A stretch of DNA of 64,000 nt from Eledone cirrhosa (lineage: Eukaryota). Shown here piece by piece: positions 13,029 to 25,810 of this stretch; within the stretch, counting starts at the first letter, position 1, and every line of letters starts with the position of its first letter. The DNA lies in assembly GCA_964016885.1 (NCBI GenBank), contig OZ024741.1, forward strand, positions 111,290,001-111,354,000. The letters run 5' to 3'. A program made the position numbers and the translations under genes. The notes beneath the pieces were generated by a model. That model saw only the letters and a list, made by a program, of their open reading frames with translations. It was not told the DNA's origin and did no database searches.

Positions 13029-13628
13029 GTGTAAAATTCCAGAGATCCATGGACGAGTTTTCTCCAGTCTCCAGCGGCCTCTGTCCCTCATCATCGCTGC
13101 CATGTCCTGCGCCTCGAAGAGACCAGTGCCTGTCCTTAGGGCATCAACATATGTCAACCTCGGTCTCCCACTTCCAGTGTGTCCATACAGGGGCTCCCAC
13201 AGGAGCACTGAGTGCAGTGTCAACTCTGAATGTCGGTAAGCATGTCCAGCTAACCCCAGTCGCCTCTGTGCTACTCTCGAGCTGACTTTTGAGAGGCTTC
13301 CGTACAGCTCTGCGTTCTTCTGTATACTGATTAATGTTCAGAGCCATCCTCAGCATTTCGTGTAGCACCCATTCACCATCTGAGTCAGTTTCTTGGTCAG
13401 TGTCCAAGTCTCAGACCCGTACAGCAGCACAGACTCCACCACAGCAACAAAGAGACGGGAAATACATTGGCTCCCTACCTTTTTATCATCGCAGTGGACC
13501 ATTGTATGCGCCTTACGCTGGAGAAACACAAGGACTCTAGCTTTACTGTACCATTGGCTCAGAGCAAGAGAGTTAAGACGAAAAAGATATCGGATGCTGA
13601 ATTTGCCGACGACATAATTCTGGTGACA
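13025..13628 (-). mobile_element. Short RTE-like non-LTR fragment with 5' inversion
   Basis: The - strand encodes VESVLLYGSETWTL and GRPRLTYVD. 13467-13628 on the + strand encodes the upstream RT segment LAPYLFII...FADDI. Confidence 0.8.
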
Positions 13629-13792
13629 AACACACACACACATATATATATATATATACATACGTATAGGATAACAAGGTATTGTTTAAGGTAATTCAGT
13701 TCGTGTGTACTCTGTACTGTGGATAGTTTTAACGTACGGCGTTGTTTGACCCAACAAGAAGTTTCCTTAGTTAGGTGGCGAGTTTACGAGGG

Positions 13793-15253
13793 CGATACTT
13801 GGTTTTAGTGTCCTAAATTATCATCATCGACATTCAATTATTAGCTCTACCCACTACACGATACGTCACGACACGTCATCAACTGCTTGATTTTTACATG
13901 TTCATTTTCTTACATGCTCCATTTTTACACGAAAAAACATTTAATTTTTAGAATAAATATTTATTAAAATATTAAGAGAAAATTAGATTTTTGATTTATT
14001 TTTTGAACAAAATAAATATTTATTTACAGTTTTTCACAGAAAAACTATGCTTCATTTTTACATGAATATTTATTTACAGTTTTTAAGTTTTTAACAGAAA
14101 CACTATGCTTCATTTTTACATGAATATTTATTTACAGTTTTTAACAGAAAAAATATTGCTGCGAAATACATTTTAGATTTACAGTTTTTAACAACTGAAA
14201 AAAAATTTCTTTAAACAATATATTGTTGCGATATACAGTTTAACATTTTTTCGAAACATTTACCCTCACCAGTTGGATACGTGGCATTGCGCCATCGCCA
14301 CTCAAACTCCCTTAAATACGACTGAAATAGTGGTCGGCTGGTACCATTGATGCGTTTCAGTTTTTTTTTTTTGCATGAGACCACATCCCCTCAATATTTT
14401 GCGTGTGTGTACTTGATATGGGATCAACAAAATGCTGCGAATGATTGCTAGTCAGATGTGTATAACGACCAGGCAAATTTGGTATTTGATTGTATGCCCG
14501 CCACTCATCTGTATGGATCATAGATCCATTTGCACAGTGCCTTTCAATGAGAGGCAGCAGTACGATCAGGGATTTCATGGAGAAAAATATTGCGGGGATT
14601 ATTAGTATCAATTCTGCCAATGACCCAATGTCCTTCATGCCAGAGCCCACGAGCATATTTACGATGAAAATATTTGCTCTCATCAATTTGTAGTTATTGG
14701 TATTCCGTTAGAATCAAGACCACCGAGTATCGCCGGATTTGCTCAACCCATTCACTACATACACCACGCATAAAATTGCACCAGTCGGTAACGGTAGTTG
14801 TATTTTTACAGCGAATTTGATTTGAAATAATAACATTTTCAGTGTCAAAACACCAATAGTAGATAAAATCGAGAATTTGTTGTAAATTCAAATGACTTCT
14901 AGAAAAAAAGGATCCACAACTAATAGATTGCGTAAAGTTGCATGCCTTACATTTCCATCTAAAGCCATCAATCCCGTCTTTCAAAGTCACAAACGAACAT
15001 GAAATATTGCAGGCAGTACAATTAACAGTATTTGAAACTAACCGGTTGCTAGCCAGATATTCCAGAGTAGAGCAATTATTTGCGGTAATTAAATACATTT
15101 CACGGTGTGTTAAATTCATATTTAAAGTTTCTTCTGGTGAATTAATATTCTCAACAATAAGCAGCAGCAGCAGCTGATGACGTGTCGTGTAGTGGGTGGA
15201 GCTAATAATTGAATGTCGATGATGATAATTTCGGACACTAAAACCAAGTATCG
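13793..15253 (-). mobile_element. Merlin (IS1595/ISXO2-like) DNA transposon, defective
   Basis: TIRs of about 80 bp (CGATACTTGGTTTTAGTGTCC... / ...GGACACTAAAACCAAGTATCG). Transposase motifs GSMIHTDEWRAY, NHSQHFVDP, HTQNIEGMW and an N-terminal CxxC...CxxC; frameshifted. Confidence 0.9.
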
Positions 15254-15411
15254 TACAGTACATTACTGGTACTTTATTTTATCGACCCCCGTAAGGATGA
15301 AAGGCAAAGTTAACCTCGGAGGGATTTGAACTCAAGACCGCAAAGGGACGTAACTATGCTGGAAAGCATGGCGCCCAACCCTCTACCGATACTGCCAATC
15401 CATTGGAGTAA

Positions 15412-17355
15412 TAATAGTGAAAGTGAAGAATAACATGATCGGCTGTACAAAAAGGGTTTTATTTACAGTATTAACAATTGTTTCATTGATTAGGTGAATC
15501 TAAAGGCGGCTAATCACTAGAATTTGCGTCACTCGACCTTAAATACAGTGTGTCTCTGATCATGTAACACAGGACACAGGTATTTATAGATACATCGGAG
15601 AATCAAGTAAATGAAAACAGTAACACCAATAATAAAAAATAAAAAAATAGTAAAAAAAACACCAAAAATACGGTTATTGATAATAGTAGTAGTGGTGGTG
15701 GTAGATGAAGTTATAATTGTTTCTACTTTTGGCACAAGGCCAGCAATTACTCAGTGCATTACTGGTACTTTATTCTATCGACCCCTTAAGGATGAAAGGC
15801 AAAGTTAACCTTGGCGGGATTTGAACTCAGAATGGAAAGGGCCGTAACTCTATGCGTCAAAGCATGTCGTCCGACTGTGGTGAGTAAGTGGATGTGTAAA
15901 ATAGTGATGACGGAGTGGTGTGAAGTTATTACATTTAAATCCGGGTGCTTCTGACTGAATACTGAGATCGCTAGATCGAATTATGCCGGTTGCGGTTTGA
16001 AGTTGGAGAATTTGGTGGCTGCTTTGTGCCTACAGAAGATTGTTCGCTCTATCTTGTTATTAAGCAACATTTTATTATATTTTTAAAATATGGAGCAGCT
16101 CCATATTGCATAGTCCGCAGTGGGACATTCCATTTTTGCAGGCCCTTACACTCGATAACTTCGACCAGCTAATCTCATATTTCTGTTGATGTCTTTAAGC
16201 TGCTAGATTTTATTGGCCAGCGTCGTTGTATTCCGAAGTTTACGGTTTTTTTTATAGAATGTCTATGCACATACCATTTTCTTTTGAAATCTTCAGCCGT
16301 GGACCCTTGCTAAGTTGCCAGATTTGATAGTACACAGGTATACTATATTTGATTCGAGGCATCTATTCTGCAGTGGGCATTTATCCGGTAGGTGGCAGTT
16401 ACATTTGGAGGCCTTCCTGTGTGCAGGTTCCCCGTTGCGGTTCTAGATGGTGTTAGGGATGGGCTGTGATTTAGCTTTATTGGTGTTTTGTTGTGATGTG
16501 CCCTGACGTGTGGGTGGTTGTGATCCACCCGGATTTAAATGTACTAACTTCACGCCACTCCACTGTTATTAGCTGTGAACTGACCAACATCGGGAAACCC
16601 CCAACATTTCTTTCCTCTTCTCTCTATAGTCGCATCACCTCCATTAAAATAAAAGTCACTCTACCCAATCTTAATCACCCATATATCATCAGTCCTTTTC
16701 ACCCTCTATTTATCTATTTACTGTTCTACGATCCTTATTCCTATTCTTTGTCTCATCCTCGAATCCTTACTCTATATTCTCTATCTTCTGTTCGTTATTT
16801 CTTTCTCTCTTACTGTTTATTTTAATCCTTTACTATTTTTTAAAACTTTTTTGCATTATTTCGCAAATTAGTACGCCGTCCACTCACCAAAATGTCGCCT
16901 ATCATATATCGCATTTCTTTTTATGTTATTGTTATCATTACTGTCATCATCCTTACGGGGTCGATAAAATAAAGTACCAGTAATATACTGAGTATTTGGT
17001 GGCCTTGTGCCAAAAGTAGAAACAATTATTTTACACATCCACTTACTCACCATTATAACTTCATCCACCATCACCACTACTACTATTATCAATAACCGTA
17101 TTTTTTGTCTTTTTACTATTTTCTGTTTTTTTAATTATTTTTTATTATTGATGTTATTTTCATTTACTTGATTCTCCGATGTATCTATAAATACCAGTGC
17201 CCTGTGTTACATCCTTCAGTATTCCGATCATTTGATCAGACACAATTTCTAGTGATTAGCCGCCTTAGACTCGCCTGATCAATGAAACAATTGTTAATAC
17301 TGTAAATAAAACCCTTTTTGTACAGCCAACTATGTTATTATTTACTCTTTCACTA
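15412..17355 (-). mobile_element. Degenerate Penelope-like element remnant between inverted repeats
   Basis: About 15412-15902 is inverted at about 17030-17355. The - strand near 16260-16410 reads CNC...KCPLQNRCLESNIVYLCTI...KRWYAH, a GIY-YIG C-terminus. Confidence 0.65.
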
Positions 17356-19679
17356 TATATATACGTATATATAATCCATTATTTACATTTCAAATTACTA
17401 AAATTTAAACATGGGTTAACAGAACATTTAACGGCTATTTTATCAGCGAATTGGCAGAGTCATTAGAACATCTGATAGAATACTTTGCAGTATTAATTCT
17501 GTACTGACTGAGTTCAAATCCTCCTGAAGTCAACTTTTTTTGTTGTAAGGTTGATAAAAAAAAAAGTACCAATCAAGTATTGGCGTCTATATCTTTTACT
17601 TACTTCCCCTCTCTCCTTTTCTGGAAGAAATTGTCTGTGTTCATACCTAGAGAGAGGATGGGCTCTGCTAGGTTTAAAATGCCAAATATAAATTTCAATA
17701 TGGCGCCCTTACATCTCAATCAGGAGTTATAAATCCATACATATATGTTTATTGAATTATAATTTTCCTATGTAAAAAAAATAAAAAATAAAAATAAAAT
17801 ATTGGGACAGAAATGAACCTCAGGGTTAATTTTCCATCTACAGCAAAAACAAAACAAAAAAATAATCAATATTCTCAAATTCGATATTTATAACATTAAT
17901 AAACTATATAACATTATATCATTTTTTTTTTACTTTTCCTTCTGCACTGTATCAGAAGACAAAGAAGTCAGCAAGATTGATTAAAAAGGAGTCTCGATTC
18001 TTGCATATTTATATATCTGTGTGTGATATCAAAATCTCCACACCAGTTTTATTAATTTCAAGTTCTTTGCCTTTTTTATAAACTTAGTATTCCAACATAG
18101 CATTTATTTGATATTATTAATGCGCTGGGATAATTGCTGGCCTTGTGCCAAAAGTAGAAACAATTATATTTCTTGAAGTTTACTTCCTGATTGTATTCAC
18201 CTCACTCTGTATATCACTGGTATATTCAGAATGCTACTAATATTATATATATATAAATACATAAATAAATACACACACATATTACATTCAATGTTATAGA
18301 TATTATGTTTGAGATAATCTCAAACATGCGTCTTAACTCCCAAAATAAGCTCAAAGAAAAATTCAATGAATAAATCTGAGCATTTACAAAATATATATAC
18401 ATACATTATATCTAATGATATAAATGTACAATAGAACATATCAAACTTTAACAGGAGACAATCTGTATAGAATGTAAGAACACATAGTTCATTACAGTAT
18501 CATATTAAAATTTTACAAAAATTTATAATATAGATACCTGATAAAAATTATATATATTTCCCTCATATGTATCCTTCGCAAATCACACATACATATATAT
18601 ATGTGTGTGTGTGTGTAATAAAAGATCGGAGGCCATATTCAGTTGATTCACGTTTAATTAAAACACCGTTATACATACTTCGCTGAAGACTATCAGTTAT
18701 GATAGCCTGAGTTTTCCAGACTAAAACCTATAAAAAACATTGAAAGATGAGTTAGATGAGTACAGATGAGTTAGCCTTAGCCTTACTCTATTAAAAGCAA
18801 TACCTATGACTATTTAATACTGCTAAAGCATAACTCCATTTTTTCAATTTCATCTAGGATAGATTTTTAGTTCTGTTATTTAACCCTAGGTTAGATTTAT
18901 GACTAAAGCAGACCTATGACTAAAAACATCCTGGCCATCCTGTCATAGATCTCTTCAATCTGGGGCTGATATGGGGCTAAACAACAACACTGCTCCTACT
19001 GTTTGTAAGATGATGTATTAAAAGTTGTGTTTGATATTAGGCAGTGAATTGGCAGAGTCGTTAAAACGTCGGACAGAATGCTTTACGGTATCTCTTCCAC
19101 CTCATTGCGTGCTCAAATCCAGTGGGGTCAACTTTGCTTTTCGAGGTCGATAAACAAAAGTACCAGTCCAGTATTGGGGTCGATTCTTCTTCTATAGAAA
19201 AAATCAGCTGTGTTCGGATCTGGAGAGGGTTGGGCTTCACCGGGTTTAAATGTGCCGTAGACATCCCGTTTGACGCTCCCTCTATGACACCACAAGGAGT
19301 TATGGGATCTTTATCTTTTTTATATTTGATAAAGGAAAATCGTAGTGTCACTGTTGTGATACAAACTGTCTAACCATTGACCAGGATCAACTTCACACAA
19401 GTTCAAATTGGAGACCAACTGTAATGAGCATTGCTTACACACAAGACATTACTAACCTACATTTTCCATGCAGAAAGTGTATCTACAAACATCAGTTTAA
19501 TTTTTATAACAGAAAATTACTATACATACTGTACGTATATATTTATATATATATATTCATATGTATAAAAGTTTCTTACATAGAATATGATGGGTGCTTT
19601 TTAGATAAAAATATAAACATTTTAAAACAAGCAGTTTTGTATTATAGAATGAAGGCTGAGTAGGCCACTAACGTTGGCC

Positions 19680-20540
19680 ACGGGTACTTCGTGTCATCAT
19701 CGCCCTCAGAGTAGGAGCTGACGCCTCCATGGTCTTTCTTGCCGGCTGCTTCGCGCGTCACATTGAGCTAAACCTCATTCTCAAGAGAGCTTTGGCCCGG
19801 GCGAACATCCCCTTAGAACCATCTGGGTTGTCCAGAAATGACGGCAAACGGCCTTACCCTGTGTCCCTGGTTGAGAGGCAGGTGCCTTGTCTGGGACGTC
19901 ACTGTTAGTGACTCTTTTGCTCTTTCCCACATCCTGGATCCTGCGGTTAGGACGAGAGCCACAGCTTCCGCAGCCGAGTGGAGTAGGACCCTCAAATTCT
20001 CTGATCTGTCGGCCAGCTACATTTTTCAGCCTGTGGCTTTCGAGACGTTTGGGGGAGTCGGGCCGCTGACTGCGAGGTTCCTCTCTTCACTGGCGGCTCG
20101 CCTAATAGTGGTAACTGGCGAATCTCACGAGGGCGCTTGGTTGTTCTAGCGCATTAGCCTCGCCATCACTCGAGGCAACGCTGCGAGTGTGCCGGCTTGC
20201 CTCAAAAATCATTAGAGAGGTTGCCCAGTACTCCTCGCTGCTGTCTTTTGCTCTGGTGTTGCCTCGGTTGTTCACCCCTTCCTTTACATTTTCTTTAATA
20301 TTGTAACATTCATAGAATATATCTTTCTGAAAAAATCGCGAGCAATTTATAATGTTATCTAAGCATTTGTAATGATATTTATGTATATATTTAAAACATA
20401 TTTGTTATGTTATTCTACTGTAAATTTATTTATATGTTCTGTTTAAATTTTCATTCTGAAAGAATTGTAAACGATTTGTAATGTTATTTATACAACTGCG
20501 CATAAAATCACTAATTTATGAAAACAATAAAAAAAAAAAG
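19680..20540 (+). mobile_element. CRE-clade non-LTR retrotransposon 3' fragment (restriction-like endonuclease) with A-rich tail
   Basis: HGLSC, LEPSGL.RNDGKR, PWLRGRCLVWDVTV, FQPVAFETFG and SLAITRGNAASV motifs; A-tract at about 20529. Confidence 0.8.
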
Positions 20541-20999
20541 AAGAATGAAGGCAGTTTCAGGAAGTTTGGAATTAAAACGAGTTAATTCTTTTGTTAACAT
20601 ATTCCTAATGAAAAATATTGCATATAAATTTCAAATCATTTTGAAATTTGGAAGGATTTAGTAATATAACTTTCTCATTATTGAGCTGGTGTTTGGAAAG
20701 TAACTTAAAGGTTCCTAAATAAAATTATGATGGAAGGGTTTTAGATAAATATAAACATTATAAAGTAAACAGTTTTGTATCAGAGGAGACTCTTAAATTT
20801 CACTGGTTAAGTTCACAGTTCACTTAACATTAAATATGGACTAGAGGACAAATACAATTTATCATTGTGAGTAATGGAAACTTTAAAAACAAGTGTTTTG
20901 TTAGCATGTATTGCATTTTGGAAAAATTTACCCTTTCATTACTATATTTCTAATATTTTAATTAAAGAATTTGAAGAATTTACTAAAGTCATTTATTTA

Positions 21000-21925
21000 A
21001 TTGCTGGCCTTGTGCCTAACGTAGAAACAATTATTACTAGGGCTAGCACAGAGTTACGTTCTTTTACGATCTGAGTTCAAATCCCGCCGAGGTTAACTTT
21101 GCCTTTCATCCATACGGGGTCGATAAAATAAAGTACCAATAATGTACTGGGTAATTGCTGGCCTTGTGCCAAAAGTAGAAACAATTATTAATAGGGCAGT
21201 GAATTGGCAGTATTGGTAGAGAGTCGGACACCATGCTTTGTAGCATAGAGTTACGGCCCTTTATGATCTGAGTTTAAATCCCGCCGAGGTTAACTTTGCT
21301 TTTCATCCTTACAGGGTCGATAAAATAAAGTACCAGTAATGTACTGGTTAATTGCTGGCCTTGTGCCAAAAGTAGAAACAATTATTAAGGTGTGGGATTG
21401 GCAGTATTGGTAGAGAGTCGGACACCATGCTTTGTAGCATAAACTTACGCCCATTTATGGTCTGAGTTCAAATCCCATTGAGGGCTAACTTTTCCTTTCA
21501 TCCTTACGGGGTCGATAAAATAAAGCACCAGTAATGCACTGCGATAATTGCTGGCCTTGTGCCAAAAGTAGAAACAATTATTTCATTATTAATAAGGTTA
21601 TTCAAGGGCAGGGAATTGGCAGTATCGGTAGAGAGTTGGATGCAATGCTTTCCAGCATAGTTACATCCCTTTATGGTCTGAGTTCAAATCCCGTTGAGAT
21701 TAATTTTGCCTTTCATCCTTATGAGGTTGATAAAATAAAGTACCAGTAATGCACTGGGTAATTGCTGGCCTTGTGCAAAAGTAGAAACAATTATTAATAA
21801 GGTTAGCTTTGCCATTCATCCTTACGGGGTCGATAAAATAAAGTACCAGTAATGTACTGGGTCGATTTAATCGACTTTCCCTTCCCCTTCAAATTGCTGG
21901 CCTTGGGCCTAAAGTAGAAGCAATT
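21000..21925 (+). repeat. Head-to-tail array of about 5-6 tRNA-derived SINE copies (MetaSINE-like core)
   Basis: Unit of about 190 bp: TTGGCAGTATTGGTAG (A box), GAGTTCAAATCC (B box), TTTCATCCTTACGGGGTCGATAAAAT, ending GTAGAAACAATTATT. Dispersed copies at about 12220, 15258, 15714, 19040, 27375, 34100, 51389 and 62419. Confidence 0.85.
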
Positions 21926-22112
21926 ATCAACATAGTATTTGTCACAACGTAACAAAAAGATTTTATATCACATTATGCTGGAAGGTTTTAATTTAAAGAG
22001 GAAATGGGTGGCTTTGTTTCATAGAAACAGGAGCAGTTTTGAGTGGGGTGGTACCAAAAATGTTGACAAACCAACACCAGTGTATTATTTTGAAAATCAT
22101 GAAACTGTTAGA

Positions 22113-22905
22113 TCATCAACATCATCATCATCGTTTAACGTCTATCTTCCACGATAGCATGGGTTTAGACGGGAATTGCTCTACTTGAGGCAAGATTGGT
22201 CGGGTGACCATGTCTCGCTCGTATAGGGCTGTCTGGCAGGTTTTCTACAGCTGGATGCCGTTCCTAATACCAACCACGTTTACAGTGTGGACTGGGAGGT
22301 TTTTACCATGTTACTTACATGGCCACATTACAGCGTGGACTGTGTGTTTTTTTTGTCGTGACACCTACACAACCTCATTTATTTTGGACTGGATGTTGTG
22401 GTACCAACATAACTTTACAGAGAAGGGGTGGTGTTGGTGGGAGGGGGGTGGGATTGGGTATATATTTGGTTAAGAGGTGTCTACTGACTGTAGGTTTCAC
22501 TTTGTACATTGGCAAGGCGGGTTTTCTGAATTACTGCGTTTCGCCAAAGCTCTCGGTCCAGTGACATTGTCTTAGAGAGGTGTAATTGTATGAGATCGGA
22601 ATTTATCAAATCGTCCCAGATTTTTCTGGGTCTACCTACTCCGTAACTTCCATCAATTTTGATCGCTCTGCACTTTTTTTATACAACTGTCGTTTTTCAT
22701 GCGCATCATGTGACCATACCAACGTAGTCTTCTTTCGAGTAAACAGCATCTGATTCCTCTTATTCCTAATTTCTCACTTAGTTCATTTATGCTTTGCCGT
22801 TCGCGTATATTACTATTACACATCCAATGGAGCATGGATGCTTCATTCCTCTCCAGTCTGCGCAGGTCCCCTGCACACAAAGCCCATGTCTCACTGCTAT
22901 ACAGG
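22113..22905 (-). mobile_element. RTE LINE (family B) 3' fragment
   Basis: SETWALCAGDLRRLERNE, family 3'UTR and (GAT)n tail. Confidence 0.85.
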
Positions 22906-23475
22906 ATAATCGAGAGTCTTCTATGACTTAATGTTAATCCTTATCTATTAACCACTATGCCCAGCTTGCAAATATTTGCCAAATATATTTAACAATACAT
23001 TCAATTGTCTTTGTGGTGAAAAAATACTAATAAATATGAGGTTCTAGGTTTATGGTGTATTTTTTTTTGTATCTGTGATATTGTCATATCTGTTGTGAAA
23101 GATTATCCTAAACACTTCAGGATAATGCCATTTTGTGTACGACATCCTTTAATCAGGACTTAAATCTGACCCCAGCATCAACACCACTACCAACATAAGG
23201 GTAGAGGTCAGATGTACTTAACAATAACAAAAACAACCACTACAGATTGCCTCGCCACAGAAAGAATTTCTATAGACTTTTGACTGAGGAATGTTCTCAC
23301 AACTGACCAATGGGAGGAGAGGATGTCCTTTGACGCTGAAATTTGTTTGTTTAAATTCATATGATTCCAGTTCCTCATAGAAACTACAACCCAACCAGGA
23401 ACTGGGCATATCAGAGTATTGACGAAGTTAAACACCTCAACAACATGTGTACTCGTCTCTACCACACTAATTCAG

Positions 23476-23530
23476 ACTGCCTGAAGAGGTCACAGCCAAA
23501 GATGGCTGTCACCGAAATATATATAGCAGT
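23476..23530 (+). ncRNA. Minimal type I hammerhead ribozyme (Penelope-associated)
   Basis: ACTGC-CTGAAGA-GGTcACAGCCA(aaga)TGGCTGTcACC-GAAA-TATAT-ATA-GCAGT: 5-bp stem I, full core, long stem II and palindromic mini stem III. Confidence 0.8.
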
Positions 23531-23636
23531 AATAAACAAAGCCAAATTTTAAATATTTGACTTATTTATTTTATATATATATATATATATGTATATACAC
23601 ACATATATAGATACACACACATATATATGTATATAT

Positions 23637-23725
23637 ATAGGAAAAGGTATGACCCCGACGGCAGGGCTCAAGCCGTTCTGTTGAAACGGCTTGAGCTCTG
23701 CCGTCGGGGTCATACCTTTTCCTAT
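23637..23725. repeat. Near-perfect GC-rich palindrome (arms about 41 bp)
   Basis: ATAGGAAAAGGTATGACCCCGACGGCAGGGCTCAAGCCGTT pairs with AACGGCTTGAGCTCTGCCGTCGGGGTCATACCTTTTCCTAT, with one G-T pair. Confidence 0.9.
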
Positions 23726-23917
23726 TACCCACTCTACTACCCTAAGTATTGAGTACTCTGGTGCGTTATGGTCCATCTGGTTCCTTACCACACTTCCTTT
23801 GTTATGTATATATATATATATGTATACATATATCTATGTGTGTATATATATATATACATATATGTATATATATATATTCCAAAACTTCCAAAAATATATA
23901 TATATATATATATTCCA

Positions 23918-24895
23918 AAAATTCCAAACATGGAAGCACGGCCTAGAATCAAAAGGCCTTAAAATTAACCTGGCTAAGACTAAAGTTCTAGTTTGTAGGA
24001 AGGAAAATAGGGCACCGGTCCCATCTGGGAAATGGCCATGCTCAGTGTGTAGGAAAGGAGTAGGCAGAAACTCCATTTTATGTCCAAAATGCAAAGTAGG
24101 GGTGCATAAAAGATGTAGTGGGATTACAGGTAAGCTAACTAAGAATATAGATTTTATATGTGGCCGGTGCTCAGGTGCAATAAGTAGCAGCAAGTGCCCA
24201 CAGAATACTAGCTCATTCCATACACAGATGGTTCTATAGAAATAGTGGACAGCTTCCGTTACCTGGGTGACAAAATCAGCAGTGGGGGAGGGTGCTCTGA
24301 AAGTACAGTAGCTAGAGTCAGAACTGGGTGGAAAAAGTTCAGAGAGCTTATACCACTATTAGCCGCTAAAGGGTTCTCCCTAAAAATGAAAGGCAGGCTG
24401 TACGATGCCTGCATACGAACAGCAATGTTGCATGGCAGTGAGACCTGGGCATTGTGTGCAGAGGATATACGCAGACTAGAGAGAAACGAAGCTTGCATGC
24501 TCCGCTGGATGTGTAATAGTAATATACGTGAACGACAAAGCATAAACGAACTAAGGAAAAAATTAGAAATAAGAGGGATCAGATGTTGTTTACTAGAGAG
24601 AAGGCTACGTTGGTATGGTCACGTGATGCGCATGAAGGACGATAGCTGTATAACAAAGTGCAGGGCAATAAAGATAGACGGTAGCCACGGAATAGGCAGA
24701 CCCAGAAAAACCTGGGACGAGCTGATAAACTCCGACCTCACACACTTACACCTCACCAAGACAATGTCACTGGACCGAGACCTTTGGCGGTACTCAGTAA
24801 TAGAGAAGACCCGCCTTACCTAAATACAAAGTAAAACCTACTACAGTCAGTAGGCATCTCTAACAATAAACGTTGATGATGATGATGATGATGAT
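23918..24895 (+). mobile_element. RTE LINE (family B) 3' fragment with PHD finger; most of the 3'UTR deleted
   Basis: ORFs 23691-24239 and 24245-24823; (GAT)n tail; flanked by (TA)n tracts. Confidence 0.9.
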
Positions 24896-24931
24896 ATGTA
24901 TGTGTGTATATATGTATATATAGGTGTGTCA

Positions 24932-25797
24932 GAGGTGTGTCAGAAAAGTTCCAGGACTGATGTCACAAAATATTTATTTCAAACCCAAACTTCACACTAA
25001 GAGTTTTCTCCTTCAAAGTAATCCCCCTGGAGTATGTAACTGTAATCTTAGCTCTCTGCAGCGATCAAACTTTTTTCTTCATAATTTTATATACATGTCC
25101 TCTGTTTCAGGTTGTCAAGCAATGAGCACAGAGCAACGAACAAACTTGAAAACTCCATCAGAAGCACTGGCATTGCTACAGCAAGGGTATGGAGATGAGA
25201 CGATGTCACGCTCACGTATTTTTGAGTTGTGTAAAAGGTTTAAAGAAGGATGCGAGGACGTGGAAGATTACCCCAGGAGCTGAAGGCCCTCAACAACCAG
25301 GATTGAGGTCAACGTTGAGCGCGTCAGGCGAGATGGTGTGTAGTGATCGTCGGCTGACTTTTCGACTGATGGCAAATAAGCTGGGCATGAATCGGGACAG
25401 TGTCTGGAAGATTCTCACTGAAGATTTGGACATGCAAAAAGTCTGCGCGAAGATGGTGTCAAAACTACTGAACGATGACCAGAAGGGTTGACGCATGCAA
25501 GTGCGCATGAAACCGAACCAGACTTGCTAGGGGCAGTCATCACCGGTGATGAGTCATGGATCTTCGAGTATGACTCGTTTTGAAGACGTGGATGACATCA
25601 AAAAGGCCGTGACGACGGAACTGCGGAGGATCCCGGAAGAATCCTTCCAGGAGTGCATGCAAGCGTGGCAGAAAAGGATGGAAAAGTGCATTAGACTCCA
25701 CGGGGATTACTTTGAAGGAGAAAACTGTTAGTGTGAAGTTTGGGTTTGAAATAAATCTTTTGTGACATCAGTCCTGGAACTTTTCTGACACACCTCG
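24932..25797 (+). mobile_element. Mariner transposon, internally deleted
   Basis: TIRs GAGGTGTGTCAGAAAAGTTCCAGGACTGATGTCACAAAA with TA at the right end. Motifs YGDETMSRSRIFE..KRFKEG, KVCAKMV.K, ITGDESWIF.YD and GDYFEG. Confidence 0.92.
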
Positions 25798-25810
25798 TAT
25801 ATATAGAACG

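Noticed and set aside
17245-17300. Possible hammerhead in the inverted repeats (GAAACAATTGTT palindrome)
   Set aside because: There is no CUGANGA core upstream in either arm.
21000-21925. Possible tRNA gene cluster
   Set aside because: A and B boxes are present but there is no cloverleaf, and each unit continues into a SINE body.
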